A DNA stretch of 50,248 nt. It comes from a virus. Lineage: Duplodnaviria; Caudoviricetes. The stretch covers positions 1 through 50,248 of IMG/VR virus record IMGVR_UViG_3300022200_000065. The stretch is one strand, 5' to 3'. Position numbers and translations under genes: made by a program. Under the pieces are notes generated by a model. That model was not told the origin of the DNA and did no database searches. It saw nothing but the letters and a program-made list of their open reading frames with translations. Positions 1-7,727 of the stretch are shown here, one piece after another. Each line of letters begins with the position of its first letter. Within the stretch, counting starts at the first letter, position 1.

Positions 1-10
1 GGGTGCACCA

Positions 11-297
11 ATGATTAACGATGATGATTAATGATGATGATTAACGATGATGATTAACGATGATGATTAATGATGATGATTAACGATGATGATTAACGAT
101 GATGATTAACGATGATGATTAATGATGATGATTAGTGATGATGATTAACGATGATGATTAGTGATATGTGATATGTGATGTGTGATGTGTGATGTGCTGA
201 TGTGCTGATGTGTGATGTGTGATGTGTGATGTGCTGATGTGCTGATGATTAGTGATGTGCTGATGTGTGATGTGCTGATGATTAGTGATGATGATTA
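11..297. repeat. Terminal tandem-repeat block: 11 full copies of 13-bp GATGATGATTA(A/G)Y (20-162), then mixed 7/8-bp GATGTGT/GATGTGCT units
   Basis: Units read directly at 20, 33, 46, 59, 72, 85, 98, 111, 124, 137 and 150; no unique spacers; no long ORF. Confidence 0.97.
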
Positions 298-317
298 TTT
301 ACCTGGAAAATTTCAGT

Positions 318-347
318 AAAAAAAACCAGCTAATAAGCTGGCTCTTT
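318..347 (-). terminator. Intrinsic terminator of the leftward early operon (possibly bidirectional)
   Basis: CCAGCT-AATA-AGCTGG stem at 326-341, with an A-run on the left (U-tract on minus) and CTCTTTT on the right. Confidence 0.8.
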
Positions 348-370
348 TGTTGTTGTGTGTCGTACAGTTG

Positions 371-562
371 TTAGTTACGTAAAGCCTTTGCTTTTAGTAT
401 TGCACTAAACTTGTCGTTTGCTTCAACCTTTACAGACCAAACCATGGCGTTAACTGGTATATTGCGGAAAGATTCACTATTCACAGACGCATAATAACCG
501 CGTTCTGTGTTCACTGATGTATTACCAAAATGATCATGTTTTATCACATAATAAGTTTTCAT
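371..562 (-). CDS. Hypothetical early protein (63 aa)
   Basis: ORF in tightly packed leftward operon, AGGTGG RBS. Confidence 0.75.
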   Translation of the reverse strand: MKTYYVIKHDHFGNTSVNTERGYYASVNSESFRNIPVNAMVWSVKVEANDKFSAILKAKALRN

Positions 563-563
563 A

Positions 564-659
564 TCAAACCACCTTCTTAGCTAATAACACAACACACAGA
601 ACCAACACAGCAAGGTTAGGTTGCAACGCTAATAACATCAGGAATATTAAAAATTCCAT
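564..659 (-). CDS. Small hydrophobic membrane peptide (31 aa, MEFLIFLMLLALQPNLAVLVLCVVLLAKKVV)
   Basis: Translated by hand; fills the gap between neighbouring genes exactly; below the ORF-track cutoff. Confidence 0.6.
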   Translation of the reverse strand: MEFLIFLMLLALQPNLAVLVLCVVLLAKKVV

Positions 660-660
660 A

Positions 661-1110
661 CTAAGCCACCGACAAAAAAGCATTAATACGATTAACAGCA
701 ATTTGATAATTGTTTGTCACACCTTCTGCAATAATCAAACCGTCATTGCCTCGGATATTCCACCACCAACCAAGATCAGAATGTTGCTCAAGGCTAGTTG
801 TATAACCTTCTCTTTGTTTGATAATTTCAGCGTTTAAAACTTCAAAAGGTGTTTTATATCCAAGTTCGTCAATAGAGTAGTCGATTTCTTCAATTGTCAT
901 TGCATGTCCGTGAATAGTCATAAAACCATATGTAGTATTTGAAGAAGAACAAATAACATCATGGAATATTTGACTGATAGCAGACCACAACTTAATACTT
1001 TTCAAAATTTCCGAATAATCACATTTTGACAAAGTTAATCCGTCATAATTTTGAGCGATTTCAAAACTACTAAATTTTGTACTGTCATATGATAAAAGAT
1101 TAATAGCCAT
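661..1110 (-). CDS. Hypothetical early protein (149 aa)
   Basis: ORF with GAGG RBS, coupled to the upstream gene. Confidence 0.8.
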   Translation of the reverse strand: MAINLLSYDSTKFSSFEIAQNYDGLTLSKCDYSEILKSIKLWSAISQIFHDVICSSSNTTYGFMTIHGHAMTIEEIDYSIDELGYKTPFEVLNAEIIKQREGYTTSLEQHSDLGWWWNIRGNDGLIIAEGVTNNYQIAVNRINAFLSVA

Positions 1111-1391
1111 TATTGATTATCCTCGGTTTGTTTCTCAGAAATATTGCTGTAAATATCCATAAAATCAGATACAAAAACACTGTTATAATCCGGTGTTTCT
1201 GATAAATCAAAGTCGAACAAATGTATAAAATCACAAGCTTTTTCAAAAGCCTGATCAAAGTCTAAATAAATGACAGCGTTATTAATTTCATCAATCAAAG
1301 ATTGTGCGCCGTCAACCTGTGACAATTCAGCTTTATATTTAGCAATGAATTTGTCGATATCAATAGACAACGTAATAAAGTGAATAGTCAT
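1110..1391 (-). CDS. Acidic hypothetical early protein (93 aa)
   Basis: ORF with GAGG RBS; D/E-rich. Confidence 0.8.
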   Translation of the reverse strand: MTIHFITLSIDIDKFIAKYKAELSQVDGAQSLIDEINNAVIYLDFDQAFEKACDFIHLFDFDLSETPDYNSVFVSDFMDIYSNISEKQTEDNQ

Positions 1392-1792
1392 TATTTATCC
1401 TCGGTTTTAAAACATTGTTCACCACCATAAGCAGAATCAATTTTTTTATTGCTATGATCACAATATAGTTCGATATCTTCCCAGTTAACATCGCAAGCAA
1501 CAACGCGCCAACCGTTGTTTCTGTTGTGTCTTATATCGCCAACTATATCAGCAAAATTTTCGAGTACACTTTCAAAAGATAAAGCAGCACCGTCTAAAGT
1601 TATAAAATACAAAGGATAACAGCCAATATTAGTAAAAGAACCAGCGCGCAATGTTGCCTTTAAATCAGCAACGGTTTTTATTTCGTTGTGCGTGATTCTA
1701 TAATTTTCGCGCAATGGTGGTTTTGTTGACCAATCAGCGGCTGATGTATTAAACAAGTTGCCGTCACAAGATACAAAAAGTTCAATTTTCAT
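1391..1792 (-). CDS. Hypothetical phage protein (133 aa)
   Basis: ORF with ATGA overlap and AAGGA RBS. Confidence 0.8.
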   Translation of the reverse strand: MKIELFVSCDGNLFNTSAADWSTKPPLRENYRITHNEIKTVADLKATLRAGSFTNIGCYPLYFITLDGAALSFESVLENFADIVGDIRHNRNNGWRVVACDVNWEDIELYCDHSNKKIDSAYGGEQCFKTEDK

Positions 1793-2103
1793 TTTTGCAG
1801 TCCTTCAATAAACAAATCAATAAACCGTTGCGCTTGGTCTTTATCAGTGGCAAGGCTGCATGCAATTTCATTACCATTCTGAAAAACTGACCACTGAATT
1901 TTAAATTCAGAATAATGGTCTGGATTTTGTTCGATTGAATAAGTGCAAGCCATTGTTGATTCTATTAAATCAATCAATTCAGCACAATCAACGTAATAAC
2001 CTTGTGCCGCAAAATAACCACGAGCAAACAATTTAAAACCTTTGTCTAGTTTTACACTGATATACTTTTGATAAGTATCAACGCAATCTTTAATTGTTTT
2101 CAT
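1789..2103 (-). CDS. Hypothetical early protein (104 aa)
   Basis: ORF with GAGGT RBS. Confidence 0.8.
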   Translation of the reverse strand: MKTIKDCVDTYQKYISVKLDKGFKLFARGYFAAQGYYVDCAELIDLIESTMACTYSIEQNPDHYSEFKIQWSVFQNGNEIACSLATDKDQAQRFIDLFIEGLQK

Positions 2104-2117
2104 TTCGAATACCTCAG

Positions 2118-2477
2118 TTATTTATAAACAGCAATTGGTTTAATGTTTTTCTGACTTAGTAAATTTTCAAAGTCACTGACCATACGATCATCAAAACTCA
2201 TATATACTGATTTTTTAACCGTTACGCCGTTTTCAGATGATACCGTTTTATAACCATCATCCGGTTTAATATCTAAATTCCAACCTTCGACAATACAGAT
2301 AAAAGGATTATAAGTTTGCTGTATGCCGTATGGCTTGCGCCCACCTTTTTTCTTGAATGTCACAAAAGGTGCCGCGTTATATTGAGCATAAGGACGCACA
2401 CCGTGATCAATCAAAGTAACTTCAGCGCTTGCAATATTGCCGAAAAATTCAGTCTTCCAAAAGATTGTAACTTTCAT
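2118..2477 (-). CDS. Hypothetical early protein (119 aa)
   Basis: ORF with GAGGTGG RBS and ATGA overlap. Confidence 0.8.
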   Translation of the reverse strand: MKVTIFWKTEFFGNIASAEVTLIDHGVRPYAQYNAAPFVTFKKKGGRKPYGIQQTYNPFICIVEGWNLDIKPDDGYKTVSSENGVTVKKSVYMSFDDRMVSDFENLLSQKNIKPIAVYK

Positions 2478-3073
2478 AATACCACCTCAAAATAATTTGA
2501 ATGACTTTGAGCCAGCATATCAAGTAAACCAAGCAATTGAACTTCTAAACCACCTGTTGCCCAATGTGGCGCATTTTTAACACAATCCCAACCGTTTAAA
2601 TTTTGATCTGTTAAACCTTCTAATGAAATCAGATCAACATTATCTGACCAACCCGTTCCAACAATTCGACCGTTTAACCGTTCAACTGGTTTATAGTTAC
2701 CAGAAAAGCGCAATTTAAAAAAATCAGATTGAAAACTTATAGCAACACCTTCTTTATTTATAAAAAATCCGTATGTTTTACTTTCAGACAAATAAACATG
2801 CTCAAACCCTAATGATTTAAGTTTATATGCTGCAATTTCAACCAATTGTTTACGGTGTGAATTATCAGCAACAACAACAAATTTACCAGCTTTATCCCAA
2901 TCTTTTCCATCCCACAAATGAGCTGATTTTTTGCCGTCTAAACATTCCATGCGTTCGGCACCATTGGACAAAACCGTTTTATATAACCCGTTTATTTCAT
3001 GTTTAAAAGTGTACACTTTGAACGCTTCGAACCCGTTGCCGTTTGTTGTTGGGAAAGCTTTTAAAGTTTTCAT
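2474..3073 (-). CDS. Hypothetical early protein (~199 aa)
   Basis: ORF track gives 2474..3091; the ATG at 3073 has an AAGGA RBS and is the likelier start. Confidence 0.8.
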   Translation of the reverse strand: MKTLKAFPTTNGNGFEAFKVYTFKHEINGLYKTVLSNGAERMECLDGKKSAHLWDGKDWDKAGKFVVVADNSHRKQLVEIAAYKLKSLGFEHVYLSESKTYGFFINKEGVAISFQSDFFKLRFSGNYKPVERLNGRIVGTGWSDNVDLISLEGLTDQNLNGWDCVKNAPHWATGGLEVQLLGLLDMLAQSHSNYFEVVL

Positions 3074-3077
3074 TTCG

Positions 3078-3215
3078 TTATTCCTTTTCACTAATTATGA
3101 CAAGTGCTACGGCACCAACGGCACCAACTAACCACACTAAAAAAGACACTGTATTAAAAATTGCTGCTGAACTTAAAGCAGCTGTTGCTAATAGTAAAAT
3201 GCTATCCAATTTCAT
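3078..3215 (-). CDS. Small membrane protein (45 aa)
   Basis: ATG at 3215 preceded by AGGTGG; almost entirely hydrophobic. Confidence 0.65.
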   Translation of the reverse strand: MKLDSILLLATAALSSAAIFNTVSFLVWLVGAVGAVALVIISEKE

Positions 3216-3225
3216 CGTTGCCACC

Positions 3226-3312
3226 TTATCCAAAAAATGCGCGTTTAAATTGAACACAAAACAAAGCTGTTCCAACGATTGCCACTACTAACAAAAATTC
3301 GATTAAGACCAT
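3226..3312 (-). CDS. First early peptide (28 aa, MVLIEFLLVVAIVGTALFCVQFKRAFFG), pilin-N-terminus-like
   Basis: Translated by hand; GGAG RBS 7 nt upstream; first ORF after the sigma70 promoter. Confidence 0.6.
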   Translation of the reverse strand: MVLIEFLLVVAIVGTALFCVQFKRAFFG

Positions 3313-3327
3313 CTTTTAACTCCATCT

Positions 3328-3381
3328 ACTGTTCCAACGGTATGACGTCATTATAGCTACTGTTCCAACCGTTGCAACAGT
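3328..3381. promoter_or_regulatory. Three ACNGTTNNAACNGT operator-like palindromes (3328, 3359, 3368)
   Basis: ACTGTTCCAACGGT, ACTGTTCCAACCGT and ACCGTTGCAACAGT overlap the +1 region, spacer and -35 of the early promoter. Confidence 0.7.
3350..3377 (-). promoter_or_regulatory. Sigma70-type early leftward promoter
   Basis: TTGCAA-16 bp-TATAAT on the minus strand, upstream of the early operon. Confidence 0.8.
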
Positions 3382-3445
3382 TATTTACTGATTTTCCACT
3401 ATATAAGCAATTATTTTCAATCTGCAATCACATGGTTTTATTCCT

Positions 3446-3505
3446 TTATAAATCAATGACTTACAATCAATAAATCATCAATTGATATAAGTCGTTGATT
3501 TATAA
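3446..3505. promoter_or_regulatory. 18-bp inverted repeat made of two IHF-consensus sites
   Basis: TTATAAATCAATGACTTA (3446-3463) and TAAGTCGTTGATTTATAA (3488-3505), 17/18 complementary; each matches WATCAANNNNTTR. Confidence 0.7.
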
Positions 3506-3656
3506 CGATTTACCGATTATCGAAAAAATCATAATCCCCTGGTTCACCAGGCCAGGACTGCTTTCGTCACCGGGTGCGTATAGGAATTAACCAGGGTTCA
3601 AATCACAAAGTGCTGCTTTAATGGAACAATCACCATTGCCCATGAATTTCTGTGGG

Positions 3657-4126
3657 TGAGACACTTTGAGACACTTCTTAAAAACGAAAGTGTCACACCG
3701 TCACCGTTGTAAGTCGTTGATTTGAAATAGAAATAAATGATGGTGTGACAGAATTTTTAAAAGTGTCACAGCAAGTGTCACACCCTATGTTATTGATTTA
3801 TATAATAAAAATGACCTTCTGAGACACTTTGAGCCAAAACCAGCAGGTAGCCATACTACTTTTTTATTCATTGGTAATCATTAATCATGGTTAATCATCA
3901 TTATCGTTGTGACAATTTCTTATATATTACTATTTAAGGTATATCTTTCTTTAAAAAGTAAATAAGTGTCTCAAAAAGGCAAAAAAGCTATATAAATCAA
4001 TAAGTTAAGGTGTGACAAATCGTGTGACACTTTTATATTGAAAGTGTCTCAGCTGGTTAATTCATTAGTAAAATCAGTAACTTACCAACTGGTCTGATGT
4101 GACACTTTGTTTTTGAAAGTGTCTCA
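3657..4126. other. Putative replication origin: TGWGACACTT iterons and IHF-like sites in dyad symmetry around an AT-rich core
   Basis: 11 perfect 10-mers (3657, 3667, 3688, 3761, 3773, 3820, 3964, 4023, 4042, 4098, 4117) plus degenerate copies; IHF-like sites at 3710, 3786, 3995, 4072; non-coding. Origin function is inferred. Confidence 0.7.
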
Positions 4127-4201
4127 TTTTACCGATTATGATAACAACTATAAATAACCGTGATGATAATCACCATCACCATCACCATTTATGATGTGAC
4201 A

Positions 4202-4400
4202 ACTGTTTAAACTGTGTGTACTGTTACAACTGTTGCAAGGTGCTGAACCAGCAAAGCCCGACCCGATGACGATAACCGACCGTGGCACCAGGTATAACCA
4301 GCATCAGTTAAGCTGACCGGTCACAGTAATCAGTATCACAGGTATCAGTGGTATCCGTTGTATCAGGTGTTCACTGTTTAAACGGTATCGACTGTACCGC
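4202..4400. repeat. Degenerate 9-bp-period repeats (ACNGT and GTATC lattices)
   Basis: ACTGT at 4202, 4211, 4220, 4229; GTATC at 4333, 4342, 4351, 4360; ACNGT at 4373, 4382, 4391. Confidence 0.75.
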
Positions 4401-4422
4401 CGTTATCTGGTATATACTGGCA

Positions 4423-4513
4423 ACATAGATTTTCGCCTTACCACATAGATTTTCGATGGTGGGGGTACACAAATGAGATAGGGGGTATTATGAGCAAGGC
4501 ACCGGGGGTATTA
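4423..4513 (+). repeat. Direct repeats ACATAGATTTTCG x2 and GGGGGTA x3
   Basis: 13-mers at 4423 and 4443; GGGGGTA at 4461, 4481 and 4504. Confidence 0.8.
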
Positions 4514-4726
4514 GTTCCACCAGTTGAATGTGTGATTGCAGATAATCAATACGTTTATAACCCACGTATTGTAATAAGCAGTATCTGTATGTTCGGTTAT
4601 GTTGGTAGCGACTGCATCAGTTTTGCTTTGTTAGGTGGTCATTGTGCGTCATGGTTTTTTGACACCCAAGTTGAATGCTGCAGAGCCATGCAGAGTATTT
4701 ATGATCAGCTGGGGGTGATTGAATGA
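4490..4726 (+). CDS. Hypothetical protein (78 aa)
   Basis: First ORF of the rightward operon, GGGGG RBS, ATGA overlap with the next gene. Confidence 0.6.
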   Translation: MSKAPGVLVPPVECVIADNQYVYNPRIVISSICMFGYVGSDCISFALLGGHCASWFFDTQVECCRAMQSIYDQLGVIE

Positions 4727-4926
4727 AACCTAAAGCACGATATGACCCAGTGTTTAAAGTTTGGATTCTTTGGGATGGTGTCAGCTTTAAAAACGGTTCT
4801 TATATTAGTTCTGATTTAACTGACGCCTTTTTACGGTGGCTCAACAATCAAAAACCGAATAGTTTTTCAGTGTTGACAATGCCCAGATTTAAAATAGTAA
4901 ATGGAAACTACCATGAAACTAAATAA
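4723..4926 (+). CDS. Hypothetical protein (67 aa)
   Basis: Coupled ORF, GGGGGTG RBS. Confidence 0.65.
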   Translation: MKPKARYDPVFKVWILWDGVSFKNGSYISSDLTDAFLRWLNNQKPNSFSVLTMPRFKIVNGNYHETK

Positions 4927-5299
4927 CAAATGCTGTGACGCACTCGGCCAGCGCTCAGAAATTCAATCTGAATTAGACCGGCTTTATAATTATGAAGCTT
5001 TTGCAAGAATCGTTCACGAGTACATCCACGGTAATGATTTACTGCAACCTGACCTGGCCACCCTTTTAACCGCAGTGCGGGGGCTAGTAGCACCTGAATG
5101 GATTAGCGCCGACTTGGTTACACCAACTGAACCAGGGTGGTACTGGGTGCGAATGGGTTACGATACAATGACACCTGTGATGGCTGAATACTGTATCTTC
5201 CCGACATGCCAGCCATGTTGGTTACAACCTGGTGACTTTTACGGTAGCAGCTTTGCTGGCACACATTACATTAAAATCAAAAAACCGGTGGTCAAATGA
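4901..5299 (+). CDS. Hypothetical protein with DUF551-like C-terminal part
   Basis: EWIS..P.EPGWYWV motif typical of phage accessory proteins; the start may be 4913. Confidence 0.6.
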   Translation: METTMKLNNKCCDALGQRSEIQSELDRLYNYEAFARIVHEYIHGNDLLQPDLATLLTAVRGLVAPEWISADLVTPTEPGWYWVRMGYDTMTPVMAEYCIFPTCQPCWLQPGDFYGSSFAGTHYIKIKKPVVK

Positions 5300-6411
5300 A
5301 TGTACTCAGTTTGTTTGATGGTATTAGTTGTGGTCGGTTCTGTCTGGACAGACTGCGTGAACCCGTTGTGTATTACGCCAGCGAAATAAACGAACCGGCA
5401 CAGTTTGTCAGTAATAAGAATTATCCAGATATTATCAGACTGGGTGATGTGACCAACTGGCGGCAATGGCCACTAGACTGGTCCAGTATTGATTTACTGA
5501 TTGCCGGTTCACCCTGTCAGGGGTTTAGCACTGCTGGTAAGGCTGGCGGCACCAAAGCTGTGATTGATGGTGAGACACATATTATTGATAGCCGTAACCG
5601 GTATATGTGGGCTAAGGGGATGGGTGCTGAATTCCTCAGTGAGTCACATTTGTTTTGGGAATTCATATTAATCCTTGACCACGTAAAGAAGCACAACCCA
5701 CGTGTCAGATTCATGCTTGAAAACGTGAAGATGTCACAGAACAACATGAATATGATCACTGCAGCTGTTGGTGTAGAACCAGTATTCATTAATTCAGCAT
5801 TGGTCAGCGCACAAAACCGCCAGCGTTATTACTGGTGCAATTGGAAGGTGCCACAACCTGGTGACACAGGAATCATGCTGGCGGATATTTTGGAAATTAA
5901 CCCCAAGAATACAGTCGTTATGACTGACACATTTGTTAACCGACAAAAAGGTAGAAAGTGTTTAGTAGATAATTTCAACCGCAAAGCATCAAGTTTTAGC
6001 GCTATGGAGTACGTTAAAAACGGTAGGCAAGGTGACTACATAGCTATTCGCCCAGCAGCAATGGTAGGCCGTAAAATCCGTCAGGATGGCAAGCGTGATG
6101 ATTATTCTGACTTACCTATTGTGCAGATGTTGGAAGTGGGTGAGGGGTATAAAGCCCGGTGTTTATCCACGGTACAGAAAGACACGTTATACAGTGATAT
6201 GGAGCCTGGGCGCTACGTGGCTGCTGATGAACAAACCAGGTATCGTAAGTTCACACCCATCGAATGTGAACGACTGCAGGGGCTACCTGATAACTACACA
6301 GCCGGTGTCAGTAATACACAGCGTTACATGATGATCGGCAACGGTTGGCAGTGTGACACCATCGTTCACATTTTCTTCTGGTTATTGATTGATATGGTAG
6401 GTGATAAATGA
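5296..6411 (+). CDS. DNA (cytosine-5) methyltransferase
   Basis: Motifs I (LFDGISCG), IV (GSPCQGFS), VI (ENV), VIII (QNRQR), IX (ERLQGLP) and X (IGNGW). Confidence 0.95.
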   Translation: MNVLSLFDGISCGRFCLDRLREPVVYYASEINEPAQFVSNKNYPDIIRLGDVTNWRQWPLDWSSIDLLIAGSPCQGFSTAGKAGGTKAVIDGETHIIDSRNRYMWAKGMGAEFLSESHLFWEFILILDHVKKHNPRVRFMLENVKMSQNNMNMITAAVGVEPVFINSALVSAQNRQRYYWCNWKVPQPGDTGIMLADILEINPKNTVVMTDTFVNRQKGRKCLVDNFNRKASSFSAMEYVKNGRQGDYIAIRPAAMVGRKIRQDGKRDDYSDLPIVQMLEVGEGYKARCLSTVQKDTLYSDMEPGRYVAADEQTRYRKFTPIECERLQGLPDNYTAGVSNTQRYMMIGNGWQCDTIVHIFFWLLIDMVGDK

Positions 6412-6872
6412 ATCAAACATATTTTAAAGCAAGTCTTGTTCAGGACAAAGATGGTACTAACAGTGTGTGGTTTGACGAATGGCACGTTATTCACGAAACC
6501 AAATGTTTTGTGTTTTGTGTTCCGGCACGTTGGTATAGTCATGCTGGTAACAGCTTCTTTGATTTAAAACGCCTTGAAGGTGATGGAGAATCAAACATAC
6601 AGCTGGCCAAACGTTTCAGTGTACGGGTGAAACGTGTCCATAAACAAAACAGCCGGTTTGCTTTTGCCTCGAAGGAATTAGCCTTTAATCGGTTGAAGTT
6701 TGTTAAGCATTACCATCTAAGTCACCTACGGCACCAGCTTCGTTGTGTTGAGCAATTTGTAAAAGACGCACATGGTAAAAGTTATGCCGAGTATGAACAG
6801 GACCGGTTAAATGAAGCGCTACCGTTGGTATTCGTGTCAGGGCCAGCACCGTGGGAAAGACCAAATGATTAA
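6408..6872 (+). CDS. Hypothetical protein (154 aa)
   Basis: Coupled ORF, AGGTG RBS. Confidence 0.75.
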   Translation: MNQTYFKASLVQDKDGTNSVWFDEWHVIHETKCFVFCVPARWYSHAGNSFFDLKRLEGDGESNIQLAKRFSVRVKRVHKQNSRFAFASKELAFNRLKFVKHYHLSHLRHQLRCVEQFVKDAHGKSYAEYEQDRLNEALPLVFVSGPAPWERPND

Positions 6873-7122
6873 GCAATGTTGTGTCTGTGGCACCACCGCC
6901 AGTAACACTGAATATGCTTACTACAACTTTCAAACCTTAAAGGATGTTTATCAGGTGGGGTATCCTGACATCTGTGAAAATTGTTGTCAGTTAGCTAACT
7001 CGTTTGTCAATTACTACGGGTTAAAGAAACCACAGGATAAAGCAAAGTTACACCGATTCTTAATTTCCGGTGTGCTACCGATGCGGGATTATTCAGCATT
7101 AACCAACGCGGGGTATTATTGA
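6865..7122 (+). CDS. Small Cys-rich (CxxC...CxxC) putative zinc-binding protein
   Basis: CVCG and CENC motifs; ATG at 6865 preferred over 6811. Confidence 0.65.
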   Translation: MIKQCCVCGTTASNTEYAYYNFQTLKDVYQVGYPDICENCCQLANSFVNYYGLKKPQDKAKLHRFLISGVLPMRDYSALTNAGYY

Positions 7123-7123
7123 A

Positions 7124-7270
7124 ATGAAACCATTAATTAAAAAGATCAACGGTGTATGGTCTGTTTTCGGTAATCCTGAATTTAGTGAAACCAACATAGC
7201 GGCAATGGCCTGGTGCCATACCCGTAACATTCAAGAGGGGAATTACAGTGTCAAAACGAAAGCGTCATAA
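7124..7270 (+). CDS. Small hypothetical protein (48 aa)
   Basis: Hand-translated ORF filling the gap in the operon. Confidence 0.55.
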   Translation: MKPLIKKINGVWSVFGNPEFSETNIAAMAWCHTRNIQEGNYSVKTKAS

Positions 7271-7727
7271 CCCGGTAAAACGGTTAATTACTCAGTCTAA
7301 ACTGGCTGTCAACGATCTGGCATTATCCCTGGTTCAATCTGAAGTTGATGCCGGTGAACCTGGTATACAGTGCCGCAAGTTCGCCACTGGCAGACCGGTA
7401 AATGTCGGTAAGTCGGTTGCTGAAGCATTGAACCGGACAGCGTTTAAGTGGGCAGTGTTACTGATCGTTTGGTCTGAAGAATCAAACGGCAAAACCAGAG
7501 TGGTGACTAAATGGATTCGGTTGGCCAGCGACTACCACCAGTCTGATTTAAATGACTGGCTTAAAGACCAACATAGTGAAATGATACGCGCCGAAGATGC
7601 CAAAGGTAACCGGTACATTGATTGTGGTTGGGTCGGGCTACCTGTGCCGCCAGCATACGTTGATGATGCCACTGATGAAGTATTGAAAGCTAAACTATTG
7701 GACATCATTAATGGCCAAGTTCGATAA
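7248..7727 (+). CDS. Hypothetical protein (159 aa)
   Basis: GTG start with GAGGGG RBS; basic N-terminus. Confidence 0.75.
   Translation: MSKRKRHNPVKRLITQSKLAVNDLALSLVQSEVDAGEPGIQCRKFATGRPVNVGKSVAEALNRTAFKWAVLLIVWSEESNGKTRVVTKWIRLASDYHQSDLNDWLKDQHSEMIRAEDAKGNRYIDCGWVGLPVPPAYVDDATDEVLKAKLLDIINGQVR

Noticed and set aside
11-297. CRISPR array
   Set aside because: Repeats are contiguous 7-13-mers with no unique spacers, and there is no cas operon; the Cas4-like DUF2800 gene is a normal replication-module nuclease
3575-3610. tRNA suggested by a GGTTCAAATC T-loop-like word
   Set aside because: Flanks do not form a T-stem, and no cloverleaf or acceptor stem can be built
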